Part shown: in pieces, positions 1-11,999 of the stretch
Layout of the letters: the number at the start of each line of letters is the position of its first letter
Position numbering within the stretch: the stretch's first letter is position 1
NCBI RefSeq assembly: GCF_001194135.2
Contig: NC_068981.1
Coordinates: forward strand, 107,065,521 to 107,111,831
Direction of reading: 5' to 3'
Length of the DNA stretch: 46,311 nucleotides
Source of the DNA: Octopus bimaculoides
Taxonomy: Eukaryota
Program-made: the position numbers and the translations under genes
Notes under the pieces: generated by a model
What the model was told of the DNA's origin: nothing
The model's database searches: none
Seen by the model: only the letters and a program-made list of their open reading frames with translations

Positions 1-134
1 AAAGAAACTCCAAGTGTAAAAGTTACAACTATTTACAGAAAAAAGATGGCAGTTGACAAGCAATTTCAAATTGTCAATGTTTCTTTTTGCTGAATTGTAA
101 TCTAAAACATAGATATCTCAAGAAACACACACAC

Positions 135-217
135 AGTTTGACTGTGACTGGCAAGCAAGCCAGGAGGCTGCACCAGGCACCAATCTGATTTGGCAAGCTT
201 TCTACAACTGGATGCCC
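135..217 (-). mobile_element. RTE-type 3' UTR fragment (another at about 21050-21125, + strand)
   Basis: caccaggcaccaatctgatttggcaagctttctacaactggatgccct matches 43918-43965. Confidence 0.75.
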
Positions 218-390
218 TATATATATATATATATACACTTTTATTTGAAAGAGTTACTCTGCTATCTAATTAGGCAAAGAAAAGTTTGCTCTTGATTACA
301 TTAAGTTTTATTGATTCTTGAGTAGATTTGTTGTTAGTAAGGTAGGGATAAGAATGCAGTTATAGAGATACAATCCTGACTGGATTGAAT

Positions 391-566
391 TTAACCCTTT
401 AGTATTCAGATCACTCTGTCAGATATGTTTATTTACTTTGTTTTGAATTAGTGATGCATTATCTCATAGCTTCAAAATTTTGATGATGTGATAGCTTATT
501 TTAGAATGGCTTTGTAGGGAAGGTGTAAGAGGTTGGATATGGCCAGTTTAAATGCTAAAGGATTAA
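391..566. mobile_element. piggyBac-type MITE (family 1)
   Basis: TTAA...TTAA TSD. TIRs ccctttagtatt and aatgctaaagga. Internal sequence is shared with four other copies in the window. Confidence 0.8.
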
Positions 567-1156
567 AGTCCTGCTGGGGTTGATTTTGTTTTATACTTTT
601 CCATAAGTTAATAAAAATATATCTCAGAAGTATACTGGTATCCATTCTAATTAGTTTTACACTTTGTTTATTAGTGTATTGAGTTTTTAACCTGATGTTA
701 ATTAGAATTACTTTCATTGATATATTGATTGATCTTGAAAAATATGAAATTTTACCGACCCTGATGCTTTATCCTCCTCCCTCACTTTGTACCCTCACCT
801 CTTTCATGATTTACATCTCTTCATCACTAATAATACCTCCTCCTCCCCATCTCATCTCTTTACTACCATGGTAGCCTGCATCATCCACTTCACTCTGACT
901 CCATCTTGTCATTCTTTTGGACCACATATATATGTTGGAGACAGTATTGGACTACCATCACCACAACCAGCCCCACCAAATTCTAGTTTCACCTTACTGT
1001 ACTACCAACCAAAAAACTCACTTGTGGGTCACCTCAGTTGCTACTCATACCTCCATCCTCCTGCAAAAATCATGCTACATAGTGGTAGTAACAATGGTGT
1101 TTTGCTACCGTGAGACAGAAGTAAAGCAAAAAAAAAACCACTCAAATAAACATAGC

Positions 1157-1385
1157 TTAACCTTTTAGTGTTCACATTATTCTGCCATAATTAATGCTTT
1201 TTTATCCACATTGTTTTGAACTAATCATGCATTATCTTGTAGCTATGAGATTTTGATGAGGTAGCTGTTAATTTTTAAAATGTTATTGTAGGGTTGGTGT
1301 GAAAGACTAGATCTGATCAGTTTGAACATAGAATAGGCAGAATACTTTTGGCTGGATATGGTCGGTTTAAATGCTAAAGGGTTAA
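1157..1385. mobile_element. piggyBac-type MITE (family 1)
   Basis: ttaa-ccttttagtgttc...aatgctaaaggg-ttaa, with the same internal sequence. Confidence 0.82.
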
Positions 1386-2065
1386 TAATTAGATCGCATT
1401 TGTGAATAGCAAAGCTTTGTCTCTCAGCCAGCTAGCTTATCTGATAGCAAATGTCTAAGAATTTGGTTTCATGTGGTAAAAATTAGTAACTATCTGGAAA
1501 ATATTTTGAGGCTTGAAATGAAGCCCAGTCTTTGAAATGCAGCTTTTGCTATGTGTAGGCTGTAAGATTTCTTCAATAAAATTTTAAGATTAATCTCTCT
1601 ATTGTAGTTTTTATAGTCCCGGGGCAACTCTAATTTGTCAATTCCATGATGAAAAGTGTATTCCAGTTATGACCATCTCCTCTTTTTGTAGGTCTAGGAT
1701 ATCTGTTTGTCGGTCCTTTTTTTTCTTTTCTTTTTAAGATGATAGGACACAATTTAAAAGAATTTTGGCTGCAAGTCACATGACTGTGTTGGCTTTTGTA
1801 GTTGTTTTTTAATTGATATTTGAATAGGAATTGTTTAATGTCAAAAGAATCATTTGATATTTCTGTAGCCATTATATCTGAATGCAAAACATAAAAAAAA
1901 AAACAAGAATTAATTATATCTGGATGCAAATACTTTTTTTCGTTTATTCCTTACCATATCCACTATCATGAAGATATTTATTTTATGAAAGTTCTTCTTG
2001 CTAATGTTAATCCATTGAATCATTACCAGAAAATAGGTGACTTAAGTTGATAACTTTATATTAAG

Positions 2066-2293
2066 TTAACCATTTAGCATTTAGATTTCTCAGTCATATG
2101 TAATGCTTATTTATTCATATTGTTTTGAATTAATTTTGCACTACCTTGTAGCTTTAATATCTCAGTGACATGATTGTCTATTATTAGAATAATATTGTGG
2201 AGTAAGTGTAAGAGGCCAGATCTGGCCACTTTGAAACTAAAACAGGTAGATTATTTTGGCCAGATATGGCTGGTTTAAATGCTAAAGAGTTAA
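2066..2293. mobile_element. piggyBac-type MITE (family 1)
   Basis: ttaa-ccatttagcatt...aatgctaaagag-ttaa, with the same internal sequence. Confidence 0.82.
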
Positions 2294-2824
2294 AGCAAAA
2301 CAAAGAATAGTAATTTTCTATTCACCAAACAGTTTTAAACTTTAAAGGTATCATTTATTGAATGCAAACCTCAGGTGAAGACAAATTAGAATTAACAGTC
2401 ACTTTTGAATAAAGAGTATAGATTCAAATTGGGCCACATGATTAGATAATATAAGAGCAAAAAAAAAGTATTTTAATAAAGCATTCAACTTGATTTACCC
2501 AGTGACATACATTCTAAAATGTCTGATATGGAAAATATACAGTTGACCAGCTTCACTTGGACAAATCCAAGTTGACTCCACAAAACAATCAAAATAGATT
2601 TCCTGGCTATTATTGGTAATTTCAATAAATAGATAAATGTCTGCACTATATTACTCAATGCCAAAGATTCTGAAATGAATATTTGCTTTGGAAAACAAAT
2701 AGAAAGTAGTTGAAGATTTAGTAAAAATGATTTCTGTATTACCTGGCTTGAGGACGACAACATTCTGCTTTCTTAGAAAGCCAAAAGTTTTGCAGTTGTT
2801 TACTTTAATCACCATATCACTTAA

Positions 2825-2883
2825 GTGCATGCATGCATGCACACAAAGGTGCATGCATGCATGCACACAAAGGTGCATGCATG
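2825..2883. repeat. 24-bp tandem repeat (about 2.5 copies) containing the 18-bp palindrome gtgcatgcatgcatgcac
   Basis: Units start at 2825, 2849 and 2873. Confidence 0.95.
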
Positions 2884-3194
2884 TGGTTTCTGGTTCAGTC
2901 TCACTGCAGTTTCTTAGACCAGTGCTTTCCACAGTAGCCTCTGGTTGATCAAAGGCTTGTGAATGGATTTGCTAGAGAAAATGTGTATTTGTACGTATGT
3001 ATGTATGTTTCTTTGTTAGCATTTATGCTTCACTGCACATCAGCTATGGGTTGTGATGCTGTTGCCATTTTGCCTGGCAACAGATCTATTGTTTTTGTGC
3101 CTTTGCATATGCATAAAATATGAAATGTCTCACTTGGAAACAGGTAAGGATTAGCCACTAAAAGGATGTCTGACTTGTCACTCATGTTAGGATT

Positions 3195-3449
3195 GGAAGT
3201 GTCTACTATAGCCATGGGTCAACTAAAACCTTGTAAGTGGATTTAGTAGATGGATATTGAAAGAAGCATGTCATGTATGTTCTCCACTACTGCTTGACAA
3301 CCAGTGTTGGTTTGTTTATGTTCTCATAACTTAGAGTTCAGCAAAAGAGACTACTAGAATAAGTACTGGAGTTAAAAAATAAAACAGCTAAACCCTTCAA
3401 GGCAGTGCCCCAACATGACAACTGTTCAGTAACTGAAGCAAGTAAAAGA

Positions 3450-3450
<1 letters not shown>
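3195..3450 (+). mobile_element. tRNA-SINE family A (5'-truncated)
   Basis: ctactatagcc...gtggatttagtagatgg...cttcaaggcagtgccccaacatg...actgaagcaagtaaaagat, shared with the copies at 9.5, 17.6 and 30.0 kb. Confidence 0.75.
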
Positions 3451-3501
<51 letters not shown>

Positions 3502-4073
3502 ACTCACACACACACACACACACATGTGCGCACACACTGGCTCAAGAATCATTCCTCATTTTAAGATAAATTCTTGTTAATGTTCTCATCTCTAGAAATT
3601 TACTTCTGTCATTCACTTTTATTCTTTTTTGTAAATGATAAAGCAAGTTGTTTCATTTTTTCATGTGAAAATATATTAGAGTACATTAGATTTAACTCAG
3701 AGTTGTTGTTGCTTAATCTCAGTTAAACTTTGAATAAGCCAATATTAATGGCATACTTCCCAGCACAGGGTTTAGAATTTGTGAGGTTATTAATGCTGAG
3801 GCTATTTTTGCATTCTTTTTGCATTTGTGATGGTGAAGTGTGCTAATCACTGTAAGATGAATAAGGAACTAAAAGAGAAAGCTATTTGTGTTTATTGTAC
3901 CAACTGATAAATGTGCCACCAGAGATGTTCCTCATGGTGTTAGACTTCTGGGTTTCCACTGAGAAACTTCTTTCACTTGTCCTCTCTCACACACAGTGGC
4001 AGTACATGAAAGAAAGTGGAATAAGGATCAATGCGTGAAATGATATTAACAAAGCACTAACCTTTGATGTATA

Positions 4074-4122
<49 letters not shown>

Positions 4123-5219
4123 ATATATATATATATGTGTGTATATATATATATATATTTGGTATATAGTCATAATTTATACATCTCATTACAGTGCTCA
4201 TTCACACTAACAGCTCACAGTTATTGATATGGCTTTTCTAAATGAAATTTAAATGCCTATTCAGCATATTTTTATTTTCTATTGCAATGGCTATTATACT
4301 ATACCCATCATTTTCATTTTGAGGAGTTAATACTTTTCTTTCTATAATGAAACTGGACCTGATCTGGGGGTGATATGCTCACTCCATCATTGACTGATTA
4401 GAGTGGCACTTTGCCGAAGTGATGTCAAACTTTAGAGAGAATAGATTTTATATTAATCATGCTAGGCAGAGTCTGGCGGCAATTCTTTTAATTAATACAT
4501 GTCTATGAATAGATCAAGTGACTGCAATTGTTAGGTTTATAAAGCAACTTTGATTCTGAATGTTTTTTTTTCTTTTTTTTATTGCTATTCATGTTCAGTA
4601 TTTCTGTATGGATTACACTATTTTCTATTTCTTTTAACAATTATATTTTCATTGTGAAAATATTTTTTAAAAATCTTTTTGTTTGACATATTTTGTGTTA
4701 GCAGAAGAAAAAAAACCGGTCATTTTAGATCTAATTCCAGCCTATTTTAGATTGCTTTGCCTATGTAACAAAATAAAAGTAAGTTCTGTTGTTAAAACAA
4801 GGGTAAAATATCTCCCAAGAAACCTGAAATGGTCATACTTTCAGCACAAAAAAGGTTTAGTAATTTCAGATGTAAACAATATCCCAATTTGCTATCAAAG
4901 CAATTTGTCATTCTGTTATTTTCTCAGTAAAAGTGATTTTTATGGGACGCATAAGGATGATTTGAAAAATATGCTTTTTTTTTTGTTGTTGTTTTTTTCT
5001 TATATTGATATTGAATGTTGACATTATATGAATAATTTGTTTTAAGTCTGACTAGCTGATGAAATGTTATATCCATTGTCAGCATTTATTTCTTTTTTGA
5101 TTTTTGCCTACATAAAAAGTTAATTTTTGCATTTTTAAACATGATTAAATGTCTCCCAGAAGATATGAAAATGGTTATATTTTCAATGTGAAAAAGTTCA
5201 GTAATCTGTGATGTGATTA

Positions 5220-5370
5220 ATATATACAAATAGACACATACATACACACACACACACACACACATATACATACATATATATATATGATGTGTGTGTTTAT
5301 ATATATATATATATATATATAATGTGTGTTTATATATGTATATATATGTACATATATATGTGTATGTGTG

Positions 5371-5415
<45 letters not shown>
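5220..5415. repeat. Compound (TA)n/(CA)n/(TG)n microsatellite
   Basis: Directly visible. Similar tracts lie at 3449-3525, 4075-4158, 7037-7112, 10291-10343, 17185-17267, 24393-24425, 25564-25593 and 40216-40316. Confidence 0.97.
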
Positions 5416-5417
<2 letters not shown>

Positions 5418-6390
5418 TTCCTCTAGACTCTTTGATCTCTTTTGTCAAATCTTTCCATCCTGCCCTCCACTTCTGCGCTATTTCCAATACCTCCGTCGCC
5501 TTTCTCGACATTTTGGTCAGCATTCATCACTCCACTCTCACTACCACCATCCACTACAAACACACAGACTCACACTCATACCTCAACTTCTACTCCTCCC
5601 ACCCTGAACACACCAAGCTCTCCATCTCCTATTCCCAATTCCTTCGTCTACTCAGGCTCTGCTGTGACAACCATGACTTTGAGACTCAGTGTCAACTCAT
5701 GGCTTACCACTTCATCCTACGTGGATATCCCCTCACCACTATCCACTCCACCCTTGCCTGAGCATATTCCTTGGACTGTGCATCTGCTCTCTCCCTCTGC
5801 ACCCGCCCTGCTGTCACCCATCTCCCGTTTCCCTTCACCTACCACCCTACATCCAACGCACCATTCTTTTAGCCTTCCAGCGACCCCAGTCCGACCCCTT
5901 TACTTCACACATCTTCCCTAACCGACCCCTCCCCTCCTTCATTCGAGCCCACAACTTACAAGACCTCTTGGTCCATTGCTTCTCCCCTAACCCAACCTCC
6001 CAACCTGGCTCATTTCTCTGCTCCCGCCCACGCATCCGCACTTGCTCTCACCTCTCCAAGACCACCCTCCTCACAGGCACCCATCATTCACCCTATCATA
6101 TCACTGACTCCTTCACTTGCTCTCTCTGTCCTTGTCTATATATCAGTCAAACAGGACGCCACTTGGCTGACTGGTTCGTGGAACACCTCCGAGACATCTG
6201 ACTCGACAATGACACCCTGGCCCCATGCCATTTTCACTCTACCGGTCACTCTTTACAACACCTGTCTGTGTTCGGATTGTCCTTGCACAGGGGCCATCCG
6301 GACTCCTGTCTTCATTGTGAGCAGGGATTACTCTTCTCTCTTCACTCCTTTGTGCCACATGGTCTCAACTCTCTTCTCTTCTTCGTCTAA
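5416..6390 (+). pseudogene. Penelope-like element RT C-terminus + GIY-YIG endonuclease (5'-truncated, frameshifted; Neptune-like Cys linker)
   Basis: Across frames: VAFLDILVS, HYKHTDSHSYLNFYSSHPEHTKLSISYSQFLRLLRLC...RGYP (PLE RT thumb), GSFLCSRPRIRTC (linker), LYISQTGRHLADWFVEHLRDI (GIY-YIG). Stop at 6388-6390. It begins directly after a (TA)n tract. Confidence 0.88.
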
Positions 6391-6573
6391 CCCTCCTCCT
6401 CTCTTCCTTTCACACCTACTTCCTACCACCCACCTCTCCTCACTCCTACCCACCTTCTCCCTTCCACCCTCTCCCTTCCACCCTCTCCCTTCCACCCTCT
6501 CCCTTTATCACCCCACCCCTACACATTCCAACACCACCATCCCTATTCATCCCACCCCGCCCTTCCCCCCACT

Positions 6574-6736
6574 NNNNNNNNNNNNNNNNNNNNNNNNNNN
6601 NNNNNNNNNNNNNNNNNNNNNNNNNNNNNNNNNNNNNNNNNNNNNNNNNNNNNNNNNNNNNNNNNNNNNNNNNNNNNNNNNNNNNNNNNNNNNNNNNNNN
6701 NNNNNNNNNNNNNNNNNNNNNNNNNNNNNNNNNNNN
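6574..6736. other. Assembly gap (others at 40263-40272, 41573-41683, 44139-44522)
   Basis: N runs. Confidence 1.
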
Positions 6737-7036
6737 CACACACACTAGCACTGACCACTTCCCAGCACCTACACCTACACATGCACACACACACACACAC
6801 ACACACACGCATCAATGTCACCAGCCCCCTTCCACACGCACATACACACTCTCACACCTTCGTTTCGGGATCACCACTACTGTATTGTCCCTGTTTATTC
6901 TTGTGTTACTTTCTGTCAAAGATCATAAGCTTGAAATGTAAAAGACTTTCTCACTTCCTGAGCATTAAACTAATACATCTGTTTGTTGTTTACACACCCA
7001 TATTCGTCTTTTTTTTTTTTGTAAATTCTCACTGTG
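6737..7036 (+). mobile_element. Probable 3' UTR / pseudo-LTR of the upstream Penelope-like element
   Basis: Follows the PLE ORF and an N gap. Contains a decayed HHR-like string at 6909-6944 and ends at a (TA)n tract. Confidence 0.5.
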
Positions 7037-8366
7037 TATATATATATATATATAATTATATATCTACATATATTTATCTATCTACTTACATTCATATATA
7101 TATATATATATATGAATGTATGTGTATTTCTCAATGTGTACAAATAACATGGAAAAAGTAAACAAATAGTTACCAGTGTAGCAATAATCTCACATAAGTC
7201 CCAAGGATGTTACAGCTCCATAAAACAACTTTTCCTAAGATCAAGCAGAGATTCTGCCTGATTTCGCTCATTGTGCTTCATTCCTGGGGTTATATTTCCC
7301 TCACGCAACCTGATGTTGGGGAAGTTGCAGTCACCCAACAGAAATTTAGTATTACGTTGATCCAATTATGTTAGTACTTTCTTTTTTCCCACTGAGTCTT
7401 TCATCAAATTTTCCATCATGATTTGAGGCATCACGTGGTCTATATATTGTGCATATCACTATATCAAGTTACATTAGATGTACTAAAAGTGTATCACACA
7501 CAGAGTTCAACTTCGTTAACAAGGTTAATGGTGTGACATCTTTGCGGATGTACATTGCAACTCCACTGTGACTTATTTTTCTTCTATCTATACGGAAGAT
7601 ATGCTACATTGGTAAGTGCATCTCTGCATCATTAATCTCTGCAGATAGATGTGTTTCTGTAAGTGCGATGCATATAGCTTGGGTACATATCTTGGAATAT
7701 TTACACTTACATCACCAAAATTAATTTTCAGAATTTACCTTATAAAAATGATATTTGAAAATATCTCGTTTCTTTTGCGGTTCAGTGTATATATGTATTA
7801 TTATAAGGGTAGATTGACATAGTGATTAACTTAAGATTAACTTCACTTTTTTTGAGGCAGTGCATTGCTTTGTAAAACTTACCAATGTAGTCTTGACCTT
7901 GAGAACCTTCCACTTATAATAACTACAATATGGGAGCCATCCTGTTTCATTTACTGTATTCTTATGGGAATGAAGCTTTTTATGATCCCTGTTACTGTGG
8001 GTAATTGTTACTCTCTGTGCTTGGGAGAATTGATTCTTCAGAATTGGAAACTTATCTTACTTTAGAATCCCTCAAAGCTGATGTATTTGTAACAAACTTA
8101 AATATCAATCTTTTTGTTTTTGATAAATTGGAAGTTAAATTGACACCATGATATGATAGTAAGATAGTCTATTGATTGACTAAGGTAGGTTTGGATGACA
8201 TAAAATTATACTATTGTATTATTGATTATCTACAACCACTAGTGTGGTGTGTAAGTTACAGTAGTTCTGCACCACTGAAGCCAATGATTATTTCCAACTT
8301 ATTAGTACCTTTTTAAATTCATCTTACTGGTTTTATTCTAATTAAATTATTTGCATTTCATTTCAG

Positions 8367-8532
8367 TTTTGATACCACATGCAGTAGGTCCTGGGGAGTA
8401 TGGAAAACCAGTCATTGTACCAGCATACAGGCAGCAAGAGTCTAAAGAAAAATTTAAAATTAATCAATTCAATTTAGTGGCTAGTGACATGATATCATTA
8501 AATAGATCCCTTCCTGACTACCGCATGGACGG
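8367..8532 (+). CDS. GALNT1: Internal coding exon of polypeptide N-acetylgalactosaminyltransferase (stem / start of catalytic region)
   Basis: Translates (V)[55 protein letters not shown], matching the GPGEMGKPV...[19 protein letters not shown] motif of GALNT1/13. Acceptor tttcag ends at 8366, with a CTAAT branch-like site near 8341. Donor gg|gtaagt at 8533 (phase 2). GALNT1 vs GALNT13 cannot be resolved; it is probably a co-ortholog. Confidence 0.93.
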
Positions 8533-9506
8533 GTAAGTAATTTTCCTGTTCAGACTTATTTAATGCAGCTGTCTAATGCTAGGGGAATGTGTGATTGATC
8601 AATTCCAGACATTTTCTTTAAAAAGATCTGAGCACCTGAAATGATTTTTTTGGTTCTGAAGTTAATGGGGAGCATTCTTTTAAGTTAATTAAGAGTGTTG
8701 TTCGTAGAGTTATTGTTTAACATCAGATCCGCATTTACCAAACAAATTTCTGATTAAAAGAAATATTTATGGAAGTTAAAAACATTCCCTCTAAATTAAA
8801 GAACCATGTGCAAATCATAGAGCAGCAATTGGATTAATCTGAGCCCTTCAATGCTTTTTGTTACCATATATCTTTTGAAACATGCTGCCTTTGCTTCTGT
8901 TAATTATGAAAATAATGAAGAATTTAGTAAAATAGGTTTGTCCTTATTAAGCTAATGTTTGAAACATAAATGTATTATAGAACCAGTGGCAGTTTCAAGT
9001 GAGTTGGCATCAAAAGGGATTAAGGGCCTTTTATACTTGAAACTACATTCTGAATGATTTTTAAGTAGTTACTTTGGTTTGTGAGTTTCCATGTAAAATA
9101 AAGTCCCAGCATTATTCAAAATTGGGAATTTTAAATTCCATTCTACTGGTTGGACTGATTTCCATGAAGTGCAAAATTGAGGTTAGATGACAGAAACATT
9201 TCACATTGGTAAGCATTTAATCTCATGATGTGTTATTTTGTTGATGGTACAATAAGAAAAAAAACTGACAACATTATCATTGATAGTGAAGAAAATACTG
9301 TGTTACAAGTACACATGGGTGTTGACTACTGCTCATCCATATACGTCTTCTCTATTATTTATTTCTTTATTGCCCACACGAGGCTAAACATAGAGGGGAC
9401 AAACAAGGACAGACAAAGGGATCAAGTTGATTACATAGACCCTAGTGCGTAACTGGTACTTATACATAGCCTTGGTTCTTGAAGAGTGCTATGTAGCTAT
9501 CTTTTC

Positions 9507-10207
9507 TCTTTTACTTGTTTCAGTCATTAAACTGCAGCAATGCTGGGGCACCACCTTGAACAGTTTAGTCACACATATCAGCCCCAGTACTTATTTTTTT
9601 TCTAAGACTGGTACTTATTCAGTCAATCCTTTTTGCTGAAGTGCTAAGTTACAGGGACATAAACAGCCCACCTCTGGTTGTCAAGCATTGGTGAGAGACA
9701 GGCAAAGACACACACACACACACGTCTATATACAATGGGCTTCTCTCTATTTTCATCTACAAATCCATTCACAGGGCTACATATAGTAGAAGACACTTGC
9801 CCAAGGTGCCATGCTGTGGTACTGAACTTTGAATCATCATCATCATCATCATCATCGTTTAACGTCTGCTTTCCATGCTAGCATGGGTTGGACGATTTGA
9901 CTGAGGACTGGTGAAACCGGATGGCAACACCAGCCTCCAATCTGATTTGGCAGAGTTTCTACAGTTGGATGCCCTTCCTAACGCCAACCACTCAGAGAGT
10001 GTAGTGGGTGCTTTTACGTGTCACCCGCACGAAGGCCAGTCAGGTACAGTCAGGTACTAGCAACGGCCATGCTCAAAATGGTGTATTTTATGTGCCACCC
10101 GCACAAGAGCCAGTCCAGGGGCACTGGCAACGATCTCGCTCGAAAATCCTACGAAGGCCAGTCAGGCAGGGAAAGAAACTTCTTTCTACACAGCCATGCC
10201 TGTGCCT
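9507..10207 (-). mobile_element. tRNA-SINE family A split by an RTE insertion (body 9507-9834, head 10168-10207)
   Basis: The body ends gacacttgcccaaggtgcc...actgaactttgaatcat. It resumes after the RTE piece with aacttctttctacacagccatgcctgtgcc, matching the head of the 30.0-30.3 kb copy. Confidence 0.78.
9835..10167 (-). mobile_element. 3' end of the same RTE subfamily, inserted into a SINE
   Basis: Closely similar to 43834-44138, including the (cat)n tail. SINE sequence flanks it on both sides. Confidence 0.88.
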
Positions 10208-10288
10208 AGAGCAATCTACATTTATGACACAAAAGATATGACATGTGCCAACATTTGATTTAATTCAATACGCCAATATATCTTAAAT

Positions 10289-10344
<56 letters not shown>

Positions 10345-10384
10345 GAGTACATTGCCTAATGTTTCCTTTTCTAATTTATAATGG

Positions 10385-11639
10385 TACAAGGTGAGGCAGA
10401 GTGGATGGACATTTTTGAAAAATTAACAAAATCATTAATTTTAGCTGCAAAGAAATTTTATTGACATCAATGTGTTTGTATTGAATTAGCATTTGTCACA
10501 ATCAAGCATGGAAAATAGCATCCATCATGAGGTGTCTGTTTTCATTGATGCATTTCTGAAGGCATTCTTGGAAGTTCGCCTCCACTCTCTCCAGCATTGC
10601 TCTGTCGATTTGGGCGATTTCCATGTGAATAGCTTCCTTCAAATTATCCAATGTACAGGGCTTGTGCACATACACAAGTGCCTTGAAATGACATGGTCAC
10701 CAAAGAGACGGCAAAGAACTTTCATTGATCTGGCTGTGTGGACCGTTGCCCCATCCTGCTGAAACCACATACATCAAATAGGCATGTTTTCATCATAATT
10801 CAGGCACAAAGAAATTGTTTATCTAGATGTAACGCTCGGAGTTCACAGGAACAGCATTTCCATTATTGTCTTCAAAAAAGTAAGGACCAATGATGGTAGC
10901 TTTTTCAACAGCACACCAGACCATCACTTTTGGACTGTGCTGTGGTCTTTCTTACAGTTCTCTCAGATTTTCAAGAGCCTAATAAAGACAGTTCTGTTGA
11001 TTCACCATGCTACTGAGATGAAAATGAGCTTCATCGCTCATTAACAAAATGATGTTGTTCTTTGCCTCAAAAATTGCTTCCATCTGACGTACAAAGTTAA
11101 GCTGCTGTGCATAGTCCCATGGTTTCAATTGTTGCCCAATGACAAATTTGTACAGGTGGAAATGCAGGTCTTCATGCAAAATATGCTTTACCGATCGATT
11201 ACCAATGCCAAGTTCAGTGGAATGCTTTCAAGCAGAGCAATTCAGACTCCATATCAAAGCTTGTCTAATGCGTTCCACATTTCCAGGGTCCATACTGTTT
11301 GTGACGCTTCCACCAGTTTCCTATTCATTAGTGTACCTTGTGTACAAAGTGCATTCACCCATCGTAAGATTGTGTTACAGATGGGAACTGCCTGATTTCA
11401 GTGAATGCTGAAACTCATGCTGAACTGCTGTGACAGACTTGTTATTCTTCACGTAACTGTCATAAGCTCATAGGCAAACACATGATGCTCTATCATCCAC
11501 AGTGCCATGGCTTCACTTGAAGGGGAAAAAAATGCTAAGACACCACGGACCGAATGGTACCTGTTGTACGTATCTCCCTTCCGCTGGAGCTGAGTAATAT
11601 TCATTTCAAAAACGTCCATCCTGTCTTCCCCACCCTGTA
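10385..11639 (-). mobile_element. Tc1/mariner-superfamily DNA transposon with decayed transposase (about 11508 to 10486)
   Basis: TA at both ends. TIRs caaggtgaggcagagtggatggacatttttgaaa and tttcaaaaacgtccatcctgtcttccccaccctg. The minus strand encodes MALWMIEHHVFAY...VKNNKSVTAVQHEF (N-terminal HTH, DUF4817-like) and LLMSDEAHFHLSSMVNQQNC (first catalytic D). Multiple stops and frameshifts. Confidence 0.9.
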
Positions 11640-11999
11640 TGATTTGAGGGAAATCTGATAGCTGCTGTATTTAACAGGTTGCATGCCTGCATAAAGGCCT
11701 TGTCTCATTGACCCAAAGGAAACAGTGATGTTATCATGTTGGCCCAGATTAATTGTAATCAAAAAGCTATGAAGAAAGTATTCTATTTCTGACAATCCCA
11801 TTATTTGTATCGCAGGAACTATATTGTTCAGTATGACATTTAAATGTGTGATTAATGAGAAGTGTGCATCTAACTTCAGTGGGTTGAACTACATTTGACT
11901 TGTTGGGTGTGTTTACCAGATCTAACATGGTAAAAGTGTTTGGTGTTAATAAGAGTATTATATTACAATACATCTGTTTATCATTTATTTATACATATA

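Noticed and set aside
787-1168. C-rich ORFs (also 17913-18185, 20337-20863, 35116-35391) as genes
   Set aside because: No recognisable domain or splice context. They are probably ancient strand-skewed retroelement debris, which I could not classify.
5048-5082. ctgatga with an adjacent aatg/catt stem
   Set aside because: GAAA is absent; it is just a small hairpin.
5086-5607. ORFs with IYIY/CVCV/LSLS/ERER runs (also 17128, 21229, 32201-32665, 41336-41809)
   Set aside because: Translations of microsatellites.
1-8366. GALNT start/transmembrane exon
   Set aside because: No ORF with the expected cytoplasmic tail, TM segment and splice donor was seen.
9901-9925. ctgagga...gaaaccgg in the RTE 3' UTR (also 43891-43915) as a hammerhead
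   Set aside because: No stem II can form (ctggt), and there is no NUH triplet or stem I partner.
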